Below are positions 26,996 through 41,317 of a stretch of DNA of 64,000 nucleotides, one piece after another. Within the stretch, counting starts at the first letter, position 1; every line of letters begins with the position of its first letter. Below the pieces are notes generated by a model, which saw only the letters and a list, made by a program, of their open reading frames with translations, was not told where the DNA came from and did not search any database. Origin of the DNA: Sphagnum compactum (Eukaryota); the NCBI GenBank assembly GCA_965153455.1, contig OZ234493.1, positions 930,001-994,000 of the forward strand, in the 5' to 3' direction. The position numbers and the translations under genes are program-made.

Positions 26996-28421
26996 ATGAG
27001 TAGGTGCAGTGTCTTCTTTTCAGTTTTGTGATGTAGCTGAAGGGGTAATCACCCATAAGATGATTTGATCATATTTGGCAATTTAAAATATGAAAATAAA
27101 AATATTTAACATATTTATGTAATTTTGGCGATTTTGTAGAGCTTAATAAGGAACCTGGTGATATTGAAAAAAAAGTTAACTTCTTGTGAAATATGGCCAA
27201 TAAACAACCCTTTTTAAAAACTCTGTTTCAATCTAGAAATAAAATTCATCAGAATAAAAAATACAGGTGTTAGGAACCCAGCACCCACAATCACAAAATG
27301 CAATCTATGAATGAAAATGATGGTCAACACATCTTCACACAAAGTAAGTCACAAAAATCCAATAAAAGAATGATGGCCGGAACCATCACAGGGGAGACAA
27401 AAAGGGAAGGCCAAAGAAAGGCCAAAAGATGCACACCCATCTTCACACCAGTTCTTAAAGCAACTCCACCTGTGCATGTTCAATAAATTTTAAATGAAGA
27501 AAAGTCAAAACATGCCAATTTGGCTCATCAAAATGATTTTGACCCAACATTATTATACAGGATACTGAGGTTGGCAAAGGTACAACAAAGCCTACACATG
27601 CTATTGAATGGCTAAATGTTTTGATTGGTCCAAGTGGGTTGTTATTAGTATCTCATCATTTGCAGTCCCAGTTTCCTTTTTAGGGGGGAGTTAGAGAAAA
27701 CGTAAATAACCCCACTGGTACGTAGTACGTGACGCGGCACATTAAACTCCAAGCAAAAAAGGTCAATATTAAGCCTCTTGGCTCATGAAAATGGGTTTTC
27801 TCCTCCATGTTTGCTCAGTTTGCTGATGCTGGGTAAAAGCGCAGCAAAGTTGTGCATCTATTAGAGAAGAGTGTATAAATATGATTTGACTGCTGGTTCC
27901 TGTTTCTGATTGCCCAATCATAATCATTGGTCCAGGTGGTTTGCTATTAGTGGTTCCCACCTATTTGCAGTGGCCATTTCAGTTTTATTGGTGGGGTTGC
28001 AGCAATGTAAATAACTAAACTTGGATGTGAGAAATGGTTTTGCAGGGTCACATACTGGGAGCTTAGTTTGATCATGACTCGTTTTACTGAGCACAGCTGA
28101 GGATGCTCTAAGTCTTCAAAGATGGGAAAACTAGCTAGTAATTAACCCTGAGTACATATAAGATGAAGATCAAAGTTCTCTGATCTCTTGAGAACGCGTG
28201 GACGAGTTGAAAATTGAAAATCAGTAAGCAGCCTCTCTGACCATGGTACAACATACCAAGTGGAGTTAGGAAGCAATCTTTAAGATGCTCTGTTATGAGG
28301 CCTCTCTGTTAATGGGACACCCATAAGCGCTTTCCATCTATTCGGTGCTAGGTGGGTGTATTAATTAGAGGGGCAGAGACTAGGGAGTGATGGATAGTAA
28401 ATACATTTGGTCATACATCTT

Positions 28422-28716
28422 CAGGGCAGGACTTTTCTTTCCCCAATTTTTGATGTCACTGAAGTGGCGGTCATCCATAAGATGATTTAACCAGATTTGG
28501 CTACATACTAGATATGAAAGTAGGAAAAAAACCAGAATCCTTCTATTTTCTTGGCTACCTACTGGAAGTTATCATAAATTTTTTGACAATTTTTATTTTT
28601 TTTCCACAATCTGGCGAATTTGGGCCATTTTTTTGCCATGAAAAATCCTTTGGATATGTCGAAATCATATTTTTCAGGTTGAAATTTGGCGAACTTTTGC
28701 CAGAAAAAAAACACTG
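28422..28716. mobile_element. CAG...CTG-ended MITE family (GATGTAGCCAAATTTGGCTA core)
   Basis: Runs CAGGG..AAAAAAAACACTG with CTT on both flanks. Diverged copies lie at about 15240-15420, 23200-23463, 27007-27268 and 57990-58180 (the last inverted). Confidence 0.65.
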
Positions 28717-31700
28717 CTTCTGGGCCAAAGACAACCAGCACCCATCAGCCTGGAGTGAGCAACTACCAGCGCACCAGTTGGCCGTTCTGTCCACTGGATG
28801 GGGCCAATTTTTTCAATCCTGGACCTATATGGGCTCATTTACCCCTTAAACCTATTAAATCTACCAACGCAAAAAGATCATATGTTGTCGTTGTCATATG
28901 CATGTATTGCCTTGACATCCTTCATTGAAATAAATTTTAATGCTTCAATGATAATATAACGTGAAGCTCAGATGCAAGTATTACACCAAATTATATTGCA
29001 ATACCTACAAATATTTGTGATATATTATAAAATTATCAACTACCATTTAAGTAATGGCTTAAACAAAAAGTGAGTAGCCAAATGTAATACCCTCATGTAA
29101 TACTAAGAACTTAAAATCGACAATGTGAAAATTCCTAAAGTAAAGTTAAGTCATTTGCTTGGGAGTTCACCAACCATTGCACTAGTAGGTGCTGGTTCAC
29201 CTAGGCCCACCCATTAACCGCACCATGCAAGACAGATGGCATGCAGACATCAAACACTTTTCCATTACAATCATGTCCCATAATTAAGCATCATGGTATG
29301 ATGATTAGATATGTACTAATCGTCCACATGCATCTCTACCTAACCAAGCGCCTTACCTACCTTACATAGTCATCACATACATTCCCCACCTTCCTACCGG
29401 ATCCTTGCCCACATGCATAGGTAAGTTAACTGGGGACTGTGAGGGGCAAGTAGGAGGGTTTGGAGGACAGGTTACCTTGGTTCTAAATGATGGGTGCACT
29501 GGTGAGTGGTGGGTCACATATGATTCTGAGGAACGTTTTGTATTTGAACTGCTGCTAGCTTGGAAGGAGTGGCCAGCTCTCTTATAGAGCCAGTTCTTTT
29601 GCAGAATCAAGTTGAGTGTTCACATGCACCAAAAGTGATGCTAGACTAGTGCAGAGACATTAGCTGCTTGTTGAACACGGTGTTTCCATTGAATCCAGCA
29701 CTCAGTCACACCTTGACAGACCATGGGGTCCTTTTTTCCCCCTTCTGTAGATCTAACATGTACTCCTAGTAATGCAAAAGCTAAATGACTGGTGAGTCTG
29801 TAACGGCATTGGATCCAATCCACATGCAAAAGCAAAATGCTTTTTGCTTTTTGTGTCTAGTGGACTCAACCCAATGCGCATGCAGTTGGTGCACATGAGA
29901 TAGGTGAGGTACGTTCAAAGATCTCGTCAAGCTCTTTGGGGAGAGAAGCCTGACAAGAGGAGGAAGAGTGGGCTTGCCTACACAGAAGAAAGAGGATTCA
30001 AATGCAACTTGGAACATATAAAAAATGTCTCAAACCATTAGACTAAATCCCAGGCAAACTAATAAAAGTTGTTGCCTGATGACCAAAGATGACTTAAGCA
30101 TTTATTTACTGATATATCTTTCTCACATTTTCAAAGCGAAGCTTAAATTCAAATTTAGAGATTTATTTAACTATTAGAGTGCATTCCATAAATCCAGAGC
30201 GTTCTCCCCAGCCAGCGGGTTCTAGTTTTTTCAGTGATGTGGGTGCTTCTTCAGCCAAATTCCAATCTGCTCCAAAAGGGTTTATGAACTTGTCATCTTG
30301 TCCCTTTCACAACCTACTGCTGAAATGACGTCCAGGTCAAATCTCTCCCACAAATGTTCCCATCTTTTTCAATTGCAACTTTTAACCTGACCCTTGACTC
30401 CATTGTCCTCAAAGTCCTCCACAGTGTATTGTTTTCCAATTTTGTGATGCAGCCAAAGTGAGCAACCATCCCTCCAGAAGAAATTTTAGCCAGAATTGAA
30501 AGTAGAAAAATATAAGGATTCCCTCTATATGCTTTGGCTACCAACTGGAACCTTTTATTAATAAAAATTGGGATTTTGAATTGTTTCTCTCTAAATCAGC
30601 CAAATCTGGGACAAGATTTGGCAAAAAGAAAATCACTGCCTCCACACCTGTCGCCCACTTTTGAGGTTCAGTTTGCAATATCAGCAGACTTACTATAAAA
30701 AGCTCTCAATGTTAGATGAATCTTGTTAGCTCCATCTGTCACTGGTTGAGTGATATGTTGGTGGTGTCAGCATACCAGAATACTCATTCATAAGAATCCA
30801 AAAATCTGCCTCAAGAGTGCAAAGGTGCATGCTTTGACTTGTTTCAATAAATGGGAGGATGTCTGATGACATTAGTCCCCAAAGGTGTACAGACTTCTAA
30901 GAAAGTAACTTGCCTGCCAAAACCAAACCATTTTGACATGGTCAATAGTCAATACCGTCCACTGATGATAGGAGATTTTATTTTTTTATTTATTCTCAAA
31001 ATTGGATTCTGAAGTGTAAATGGTGCCTGTTTTCAGCATAGCCCACATGAGGTGGGTGTAAAATAATTAAAAAAGGACTGTAGGAATCTCTGTAGTTCAG
31101 GATGCTAGATAATGCAATTCCAACAACTCAATTTGCCTTAGAGACAAATGGTCCTCAAGAGGAAGATGGTTCCATCATTGAAGAAAAGATGTATGTTAGA
31201 AAATTTGCACAAGAGTTTTGTGGGAAGTTACTAGGTACCACTCACTGCCAAAGCTTTATAATTCAGAAAGAAATATATCTTTTCATTGTGCCTCTTTTTC
31301 TTTCAGGAATCCAAGTTCCAACAGCTCTTTATTCAGAACCGCTTTTTATTTATTGCAGAGTTCCTTTCCAGGCACAAGGGTGGGACCTGAAGTAGCATAA
31401 AGGAGATAGGATTCCAATGAAGGATGTGAGGTGTCCCCATGTGGTCATCACTGACTGTGTTAAGTTTGTTTGTGTTACTTTTTGACAATGTCAAGGCAGT
31501 TCAAAGACTAATTTGACGTGTGTAAAACCCTTGCACACTTTTTTTAACACACATTGAATGGCAACCCCAAAGAATAATTGACAAGTCTCATGAGATGTGT
31601 TGGGTGCAAAGAGCAAGTCACTTGCGTGGACACCAATATTTTCATTTGACACATGTATATGACCTTTTCAGTATTCCTTCCATAACATGTATATTCCTCA

Positions 31701-32364
31701 TGGGGTAAGGCCTAGACCTTCTTCACTTCCTCTGAGGTCTTAGCTCCCACTCATAGCTGTTCCATTCTTCTCTTATCACCAAGCAAAAGTTGCCCAACCC
31801 TCATATTATGCCCTTAGCTTGTTGATTGTCTTTTGTTTTGCTACAGAAAGCACTTGGGTACAATTTTTTTAGTGTAAGTGGTGAACACCCGAAATCCAGG
31901 AATATAGCCTCCTTGATAAGAGGATCCAGCTCACACCTACGTAAAGCACTCTGAGAAAATTTGTAGTGTATGTGGAGGGCACCTTATATCCATCACTTTC
32001 CCTCCTAGAAATGGGAGGGGGGGGAGGGATACTATGCCTAGTCCTCAAGGATGGCAGGGAGAACATGCCTACTTATAGGTGTAAGAACCCTCGCACTATT
32101 GAGGATCAGGCATAAATACACCTTGTGATCTACATAGGTTGGGTTCATGATAAAATTTGCCTCATGCTTGACAATAGGTAAAGCCCTATTGGTGGGGGAC
32201 ATTCCCAAAATGCAAGGCGGGACTCGGCTATTGCTTCAGCATTGGCCCCTTTATTTGAGAATGCCCTGACCTAGGGCTTTACCCTGCACATAGGAAAGCG
32301 AATACATTTCCATAAACAAAAAATCACACGGAAGGAATTTCATGGCCACTGGTAAGGTCTTCAT

Positions 32365-32673
32365 TAGTGTTGGGTGGTACTAGAAATGGCACCTAGTAAT
32401 TGGCGATTCTACATGCAGTTCTTTAAGATATATAACCACAGTTCTTCAACAATAAAACAATCACTCAAATAACCTTTTCATAAATCCACAGGTTCTTTTT
32501 TGGTTATTTCATGAAAACCACTGGTTTGTTTTGTAGTTTTTGAAAACCCTGGAACTGAAATTCTTCAACTCTGAGAATTTTCAAAAAACCATAACCAGAG
32601 GTTCTTTGAAGTCCAAATTTCATAAAACTGGAACTGAAGGTTATTAAAAACAGCAAGTAACCGTGCAACACCG
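32365..32673. mobile_element. MITE with (C/T)AGTGTTG...CAACAC(C)G TIRs, hAT-like
   Basis: Ends are TAGTGTTGGGTGGT and AACCGTGCAACACCG. The 8-bp flanks GTCTTCAT/GTCCTAAC match at 5 of 8 positions. Confidence 0.55.
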
Positions 32674-33164
32674 GTCCTAACTACTAACCTGCTTCAAACT
32701 TCAAAGGAACAATCCTGTAGATTCCAACAAACTTTACTCTAATAGCAAAAACCTGCCATAAAATTTCACAATGTATTTGGAGATACCTTTCTACAGCATA
32801 ATTTTTCGTCCAGGAGGGAGAGGAGGACATTACGGTTTTTCCAGAGGGCACTACATTTTTGAGGAGGGCTTTATCATCTCAGGGGCCCTTATTTTGGCCT
32901 TTATTTTGGTAAAGCCCCTCTCATGGGGTTTTACCATGCACTAAAAGTACCTTTGGGGTTTCTACAGCCATTCATCATTGTCCTTCAAAGTACATTTGAT
33001 TGCATACTTTGTCCCTACTGGACTCTAATTGACACTCATTTTTTTCATTTCAAGGACTTTCAATTTACACTCACAACATTCAACTGTTAATGCAAGCTCA
33101 GAATCCAAGTTTGCACAAAGTGGAGTCAAAGTTGCAGTCTAGCATGTATACCTAGTGACTCTTA

Positions 33165-33371
33165 AGGTGCATTCACACTTGGTGTTAAAGACTCTAGTAT
33201 TAAGTCCCCTAACACCAAGCTAGTCATTTAGAACCTAAACCTATTTACCACAAAGATTTTATGTTAAGTTAACATTCACTTAATATTAAATAATCACCCA
33301 TTTAACATTGGGCGCCACCTAAGATGCCACCTAGATTTTACACTGACTTAACATTAGGTGTGAATAAACCT
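33165..33371. mobile_element. Tourist-like (PIF/Harbinger) MITE
   Basis: TIRs AGGTGCATTCACACTTGGTGTTAA / TTAACATTAGGTGTGAATAAACCT with a TTA TSD on both sides (33162-33164, 33372-33374). A one-ended fragment lies at about 7903-7958. Confidence 0.8.
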
Positions 33372-36300
33372 TTAGGTCCTCCTTCTCAGGATTATTAAAC
33401 GGTCAAGTGACCTTGCTGGGAGAGACCTTTTTGGGATATTTGGAACATCTTATGTGAATTAATAAACACATTTTTCTTGTTTGAAGTCAATTTTCATGGA
33501 GTTTTTGGGTCATTATTTGGTGCCCTGTGTTGACAAATCATCATTGTCTGGCTTCTATTTACTAACCCCTTGTGAACATGTTGTTTACTCCAGTACCCAT
33601 GCTATTGTGCTTATTATCCATAGGTATTGCTACCTTGATTGGTTCAAACTGGTTTCGGCACCAAAAGCTCTAGGTCAACCTAGAGCTTTAGGGATTCAAC
33701 TAGTATTCCTAACTATATTACAGTGGTTTATTTCAGAATCCTGGACACCCATTTTTCCACTAATGTACAGTGGACTAGTTTTTCCCCAATCATTTTAACC
33801 TTTTTTATTATTGTAAACCTACCTTTGGTTTTAAATATGTGACATTTTTCAAATTTTTATGTCTATAATTTCCAATGCTTGTCTAGACATTGGTATTGGT
33901 CAATTTTTGACAAATATCAATTGAATAGCCAATAGATTAAATTGATAGCTAGGTATGAATACAAAAACCATTTGAACAACCATTAAACAAGTAATCCATT
34001 AGTTATTTAGAAAAAGAATATTCTTTGCTTTTGGATAATATTATTGATTGATTCCTAAAACGATATCAACGATTTATATATGAATATGTTAGGGGTACTT
34101 TAGATGAGGATCCAAAGTGAGAAAAGTCAAATTGAGATTACCCCTACATGGCATAATTTTGGAGGGATAAAAAATTGGTTCAGACCAAAACCTGAGGCCA
34201 GCTCATGATTTGGGAAACCAAGAAGCAAGCTAAGGTCCCAAGGTGCCCCTTTCATTGTTTTTCATTATTTCCTAATGTTTTATGTTTCATTTATGAAGTT
34301 GTGCAAGAATGAAAGATATTTTATGGATTGAGGATCTATTGAGTGCATACTCGTTGCTTTGTTTTTGAACAATTCTAGTATTGACAAGGTTGGACTTCTA
34401 GATCTACACAAGCTATTGCTCAAAGGAACACAATTTTCAACCCTTGAAGTGCACAAAATGAAAGAGTTTCATGTGGGACAAAAGGTGGAGCTTATGGAGG
34501 GTTGAAAAGACCATTTTTTCTATTTGTTTAAGAAATTTGAATTTGCATTAGATTATGAAACCAACTCGCCTTCTCAAAAGAAGGCAACAAGGAAGAGGGA
34601 AGATGTGGTTGTGATGACTAAAGTGAAATGGCTACCTAAAAAATAGTTTGAGCATTGAATTATTGTATCTAATTGCACGAAGAGGAAAATGGAGCTTTAA
34701 TTTGTCAAAAATGACAAGGTAAAATGTTTCATTCCAACATGTCATTGTCTCTTTTGAAGTTCATTTTCCATTTGAAACTTGAAACCCTCAACATGCTTGA
34801 GTTGAAATTTGTTTGAAGAATACTTCAAACCCTAATTATGTTTGCATTATATTTATTTGTAAAAATATATATTTCAATTCTAAAATTTGAATATTCATCC
34901 TATACTAGGTATTGATCTGATGGAATTTTTGAAAGCCAAGGTAAAGAAAACGAGTGCAAAACTCATAGCCAAATTACGCGAGCATGGTCTTTTAAAGGCC
35001 TTGTCCTCTTGCCCTTGCCCCGCTGTTCCCCCATTGAATGTCGTATTTGAGCCACCATGTGGATCAAACCTTCATATTCTTGGGGCAAGGGAAATAATGG
35101 TACCAAGCTAATATCATCATGTCAAATGATTTGACATATCAATAAACTACATGTTATGAATGTAAATCAACTTTTCTTTTTTTATTTAAAGGTTTGTCTT
35201 CATTTCATAGACATGAAATTTGACTCCAATTGCTTTGCATTTCATTGGTGGATACTAGTGTTGAAGATTCCTCCTTGGCCTCAACCAACTCTTCAGCCAA
35301 GTGACCATCACTTCAACTTGCAACAAATAATGTCAATGCATGAATATAAACACACACACACACAACTTTATGAAATGGTTTCCAATGTTCAATCACATAA
35401 TTCAGTAATTGTACTTACGTAATTTTACAATTTTATTTTTATTTAAACTTTATTTATTTCATAATTTCTTGATTCAATTTTATTTTTTATTTTCAAAAAA
35501 ATTTAAGTTTATACTCAAATTAATATCACATATTTTGACTTTCATAATTACATTTTAAGTTTAAAAATTCTCAATAAAAATGTTAAAATGTTAAGATTTT
35601 ACATTAATCTAAGACATTTATTTCAAAACATGTAACATAATATTAATTACAAATGGATATAAATGATTTCATAACTTGCCAAATTTTCCTTTTATTAATA
35701 ATTGGTTTAAATGAGTCCGTATGTCACATTGTCTATCTAAAAAAACATTTTGTTATGTGTGTGAATGCATTTCAAGGTTTTAATTTATTTTTTGTTCAAT
35801 TTTTATATCTGGACTTTAAATATTTCACTTTTATTTTATTTATTTCAGTCAAATGGGATCAATAGAATAAATGGCCAATGCATTCACAATTGGGGTACAT
35901 AAAAGGAATCTCTTACTTCAAAGTCACATTGAAACTTAACTTTGTTAGCTACTATAACTAGAATAATTTATAAGCTATATTAATGTTATTTTGTCAATTC
36001 ATAGGAATGAACATCATGAGCAATATGGTTTAAAATAGTCATAATTTTGATGATCAAAACAACCCTTAAGTTTCTTCAAACATAGAGTTTTAGAAATTTG
36101 TCCTACTACACAAATTTATCAAAAAAAAATCAAAAGGAATGACAATATTGGTGCAAATTGCTTCATACTTTAACCAAATATAAAATAAAATATTTTCTAG
36201 ATGATGACATAAGGTTTTGATATTATAAAACACTAGATTTCATGGAAATGATGTTGAATTTTACAATCAAAAGAATAGTTATTTTAATTTTATTAATAAT

Positions 36301-39300
36301 TAGACTTTATTCCAAAGGATTGGAAGGAAATATAGGAGACATGGATTTAAAAAATAGTGAATTATTTAATGTTATTAATAAGACTTTGGCACTCAAAAAG
36401 TGAAACATTCATGTATTGAAGATGTCTTAGGATCCTATTATAGGTCTATGTTTCATTAATAAGACATTTCAAATTTCATAAATTCATCATTACCATCCAT
36501 TGTGGCACATATTAGTTGAAGTATTAAACATATATATCCAACATCCATTCATTAGCATCTCAAAATGTTCATTTCTCTTGAGGACACAAGACACATGATT
36601 AGACAAGGTGATAGGACTATGATTCATATTGTAGTATTATGAATGTACCCAAATCTTCAAATTACCCTTTTCATGTGATCCTAATCATGATTATGGGTGA
36701 ATGACATCAATCATATAAGCCCAACAATGACCAAGTAGTTCACAAACTAATTATGCATGGCCAAATTGCACACATGACTAAGTGACCAAAAGTAGGACAT
36801 AGTTACCAAATGTCCTAATGATGGATGTTAGGTTTCAGCATAATGTGAACCCAAAGTAGCATTATCTTTGGTAAAAACGGTATAAAAATTACACTATGAA
36901 TCTAGGCTTTTGTTAAAACTCAAACCAAAATTTACTTATTTTACTAAAATTTAAATTGCTACCCAAATTCTTATAGGATTTTATTATGATCTTTTGATTG
37001 GTAAAAATATCCAATAATCAAGTTGATGTGGCCAAATTGTCATTTGGCCGATATTGTCAACATAAAACATAATAATACAATTATGGCCAATTTGTTTTGT
37101 AATTATTATGGCCATATTATAATAACTACAACATAATATTAATCCAGTGACAATATGTTTTATGTTTTAATGACAATTTTCAGCATAATAAATTTTGGAC
37201 AAATTATAAAAATTTACGTAGAAATTTTTATAAAATCTTATTTTTAATTGTTAACCATATATATATAAATTTTTTTTCCAATAATATTTGTTGGTCATAG
37301 GTTGGTCATAGGTTGGTCAATTCTAAGTAAGTTGTAATACCTAGATAGGTAGATACATTGTACATAGTCATAGGATATAGTACTTAAGTACATTAATGTA
37401 CATGTAGTTGAATTTCATAGATTTGAATGTAACTCCTAGCCCTTTAGGTGTATTATAGGTCACAAGTGTAAAATGTCACAAGGGAAATTGAATCCTTCAC
37501 CTTCATGTGTGCACACGACCAAGTCCTTAATTAATTAACATTCCACACATTTTCACGTTGTGACAAATTTATAAAGATGTGGACATTTTGAATCCTCTTG
37601 AATATTCAAAAATTGAAATGAATTTTTTTCTCCCTCAATTTTTTTTTAAAAACCTTCATTTTCAAGATCAATAAAAAATCTAATCATTGAATTAAACATT
37701 ATTTATAAAGGTTTTCTCATCTTTGAGGAAAGCTTTTCTTGAGGTTCAATTGTGTTCACAAATTCAACTTGATGTTATTTCTTTAAGTCATATTTTGAAT
37801 AAAAGAAAAAATCATCTTATTCAATCTTTCAACGTGATTTTTGTGGGCCCAACTAAAGTTTAAATTGTGCATATAAACGTCATTTGGGCATTAAATGTTG
37901 GGATGTAGAAGTTAATAAAAATTAAATGATGGTGCATTCAATTTTTCAATTTTATAATCATGTGCACATTTTCACAAGTTAAGGTGCACTTACACAAAGT
38001 TTTCAATGTGCCCATGCACTTCAAAATATAACAACCTTTGATTTAATAAGTGCATCTTGCATTTTTATTATTTAATGTAATTTTACAATTAGTTGTAAAT
38101 ATTGAACTTATGAGTTCAACTAAGAGGATTCGTTCTAAATTAGTAAATTTAATTGTAAAGAAATATTTTATTAATTGCATAATGATCCATTTCCTATCGC
38201 TAATAGATCACAAATGTAAAAAAGTTATAATCTGGTTGTGAGAAAACACAAAAATGAAGTTATGTAATGGTACTCAAATAGTTGTATGGTAAGTTGCAAA
38301 TTAAGTGCAAATTAATTGCAATGGATATCAATAGATTTTGCCCATCGATAGATGAATGAAATGTCATGTTAAATTTACATTCGTTCAAAGGCTATTTGCA
38401 TGGGAAACCCACATGGACAACGTAGTTGTAACAAGTTGCACCTAGATTGCATGGAATGGTAGGTATTTCCAATAATATACAGTTCCATGTATAAATACAT
38501 TGCAAATGATGCAACTCAAGGTGTAGAAATACATGGAGTTGCAAATGATCATTAATACAATTCAAAAATCTAGTTGTAAGGCAAGTTGTAAGACCCCCCT
38601 TTTTCTCATAATGTGCATTATGTAGGAACCCTTCTCAATCCCTACATGGGTGAAAGCATACAAAAGTATGCCAAATGGTGATCCTTGTTGTCCCAATAAA
38701 AGTAGGCAAAAAGTAAATTTTGAATACCTAGCTAGGCATGAATAGTTAGGGGTTAGTAAGCTAGAAAAGGGGTAGGATGGTTTGGGTTGGGTTTGCCCAT
38801 TCATTGTAAAGGAGGAGGCTTTTGCTGTTTGCACTCGTGAATTTGCAACAAGGTTTTGTTATTGCCGACGCAACATTACAGCCCACTGATGTTGAAGCTT
38901 GAATTCCCACCCAAGAGGGGAGATCAAGGAGCAAAAAGTCATACCCAAAGGTGCCAAAGTCTTGCCTAGTACCATCCATTCAAGTGATTTACCTCCCCAG
39001 TACTCATCTTGCACCTAGTTTGTATTTTGGAATACTTTGTTATTTTGACTGCTTCAAATCAAGTTTGTTTCTTTTCTTTTTTTACTATTTTGAGTGTCTT
39101 GCTACATTCAATGCCTCAAGTTGATTTTAGTTTTCTTCTTGTTGTTTTGAGTGCCTTTACTACTTTTAGTCCCTCAGGTTTGTTCAATTACTACAATAGT
39201 TGCAAAGTTGTTTCTATTGTTCAGAGTGCCTCAAGGTTCAATTTGGTTGAAGTGCAAAATCTATTTGGTTAATTTGTTTAGGGTTTGAAGCATTTGCATG

Positions 39301-39384
39301 GGGAATCACAACAGTCATATCTTTTAGCACTTGTTGTAGTGCTTGAATCAAGTTTTATCTTTTTTTCTTTCTTTTCCTTTTTCC

Positions 39385-40955
39385 ATGGCTAATCTTTTGA
39401 CCAAAGCTAGGGTTATGTTTTTACCCTTGAGCCCCACTATTTTAGCATCCTTGAACCTTAGGTTCACTACAAAAGAATTAAATAAAATGGATAGAGCAAA
39501 ATTGGAGAGGGTTAGTCATATTTTTGGACGAGTAGATTAAAGCTTGGATGATTATCACCAAAGGCTCAAATTGAACAGTGTGGCTTTAGATCCACACAAA
39601 GATGTAAATTCTAGTCATGTTTCCAATGAAGAGCTTGAAAGTGTCTTTGGGAAAAGAAGGCAGAACAATTGGAAAGTGAAAGCACTACAACAAAAGGTGT
39701 CCCTGTACGCCAAGTGATTTCACTAATTGTAGTGTACAGGGACCAATGAAGAAGCAGTGAATTCACTGGTCTAGTGAATGGGGACTAGTGAACTTCATCC
39801 ACATTTTGTAATAATGAATTGAATGAAAATATATTTGCTACAAGTTGTTCTGCATTGTTGAAGCTTTATGAAGCTATTTATGTTCACTTGCCCCCTAATG
39901 GTGATTATTCAATAATATTTATGCGTGGCTAACTAGCCCAATGTAAAGGTGAAAAAGTGAACTATACTTTGTATGCTCATGATTGCATAGTGCAATAGAT
40001 GAAAAAAATGACCCGAACCCCCTTGGCCTCCATCAACAATTGTAGTTACCTAGTTCCAAATCAATAAGCTTGTGTCTGAGCTCAAGTTATAATGATTATA
40101 ATGTTGCACGTGAAGATGAAACACAATGTGTTTTTCCAAGGGAGGGGACTTCTGCATAGTTTTTTTCCCACACCAAGTTGCACTTATGAAGAAATTGTTG
40201 CGAGAAATGCAAGATAAGGAGGAAGAATTTAGTCCCAAAATGGCAACATTGGGAGAAAGGACAATCTCTAGCAGCATAAAGTTCAAAAGTTGTCTCACAA
40301 CCATGCTGACAGGGCTATGTCTGTTAAACAACAACAACAACAGTTGATTCATTTATAAGAGAAGTATAGGGATTTGAAGAAAGAGGTGGAAAACAAGGAG
40401 ATCAAAGTGCGTGCAGGTGAAGACTTAGGCATGTGTTTGTCTATCTTTGATGAGATGAAACTCTGTGTATGTAAAGTTATTACTTATTTGCAATATGTTG
40501 AAAAGGAATTAGAATTACATGGATTCTTTTTTAAGAAAGAATCCACAAAAGCAACTGTAATCCAGAAGGAACTACAAGTAGCCACCAAGGAGTTTCAGAA
40601 CTTTTAATTGGAACTTGAGGAGCTCCAATTTAGAGTTGAAAATAACAAAATATGGATTGCTGGTTTAATGTGTTAGATCCACCTTATGACTAGTGGAAAT
40701 GGGGTTACAAGTAAACCCCTTCCCATTGAAAACCTAGTCTCCTTGCCCTTAGGAAGACCCAGTTCTGTGACGATCACATCTTGTCCAATCTATGGCATGT
40801 CTTATCCCTATAACAACATAGTTGTTTCATCTTGTGGATGCACCTACGATCTATTTTGCCTTGGTATATATCTTCAAAGCAAACCTAGTGTTTGTGCTGG
40901 TCGCACATGTGGGAAAGCTTTGTCCATGGATTGGACGACAAGTGTGGGGTTTTAG
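39385..40955 (+). pseudogene. Decayed gene: novel N-terminal domain + coiled coil + RING-H2-like (copy 2), interrupted by a 134-bp CACTA-like MITE
   Basis: Reads DPHK..VSNEELESVFGK..LYEAIYVHLPPNGDYSIIFMRG*LAQCKGEKVNYTLYA. Coiled-coil ORFs lie at 40126-40607. The decayed RING reads CPIY..SSCGCTYDLFC..CAGRTC..DWTTSVGF. Confidence 0.7.
39683..39816. mobile_element. 134-bp CACTA-like MITE inside RING-gene copy 2
   Basis: The left end CACTACAACAAAAGGTG pairs imperfectly with the right end CACATTTTGTAATAATG. Flanks are AAG/AAT (near 3-bp TSD), and removing the insert restores the host reading frame. Confidence 0.7.
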
Positions 40956-41317
40956 CACATCAACTTGCTTTTGAAGAAGCCCAAATTGGAGAAAACTAAT
41001 CCAAAAGCACCAAATTCCAATAAGGAGAATTGGTTGTCAACTAACTCCAGTAGCTGTAAACATCATTTCAAAACCTGTTCCTTTTACTTTGTAATTTTCC
41101 AACAAGTAATTCAATGTCCATTGATTTGTAATTAAGGTAGAAGTTGCCAACTTACTGTGTGTGAATTTTTGGTCAATGTAAATGTAATGAATTGCAAGTA
41201 GGTCAACTCATACTCCATTTGTTTATGGTGGTCAACAAGTAGAAGTTATCCTCCAAGTCTAGGTTCAATAAATTGCCAATTGTAAAAGTGTTGTTCAAGT
41301 GGTTATAATGTCTTCCA

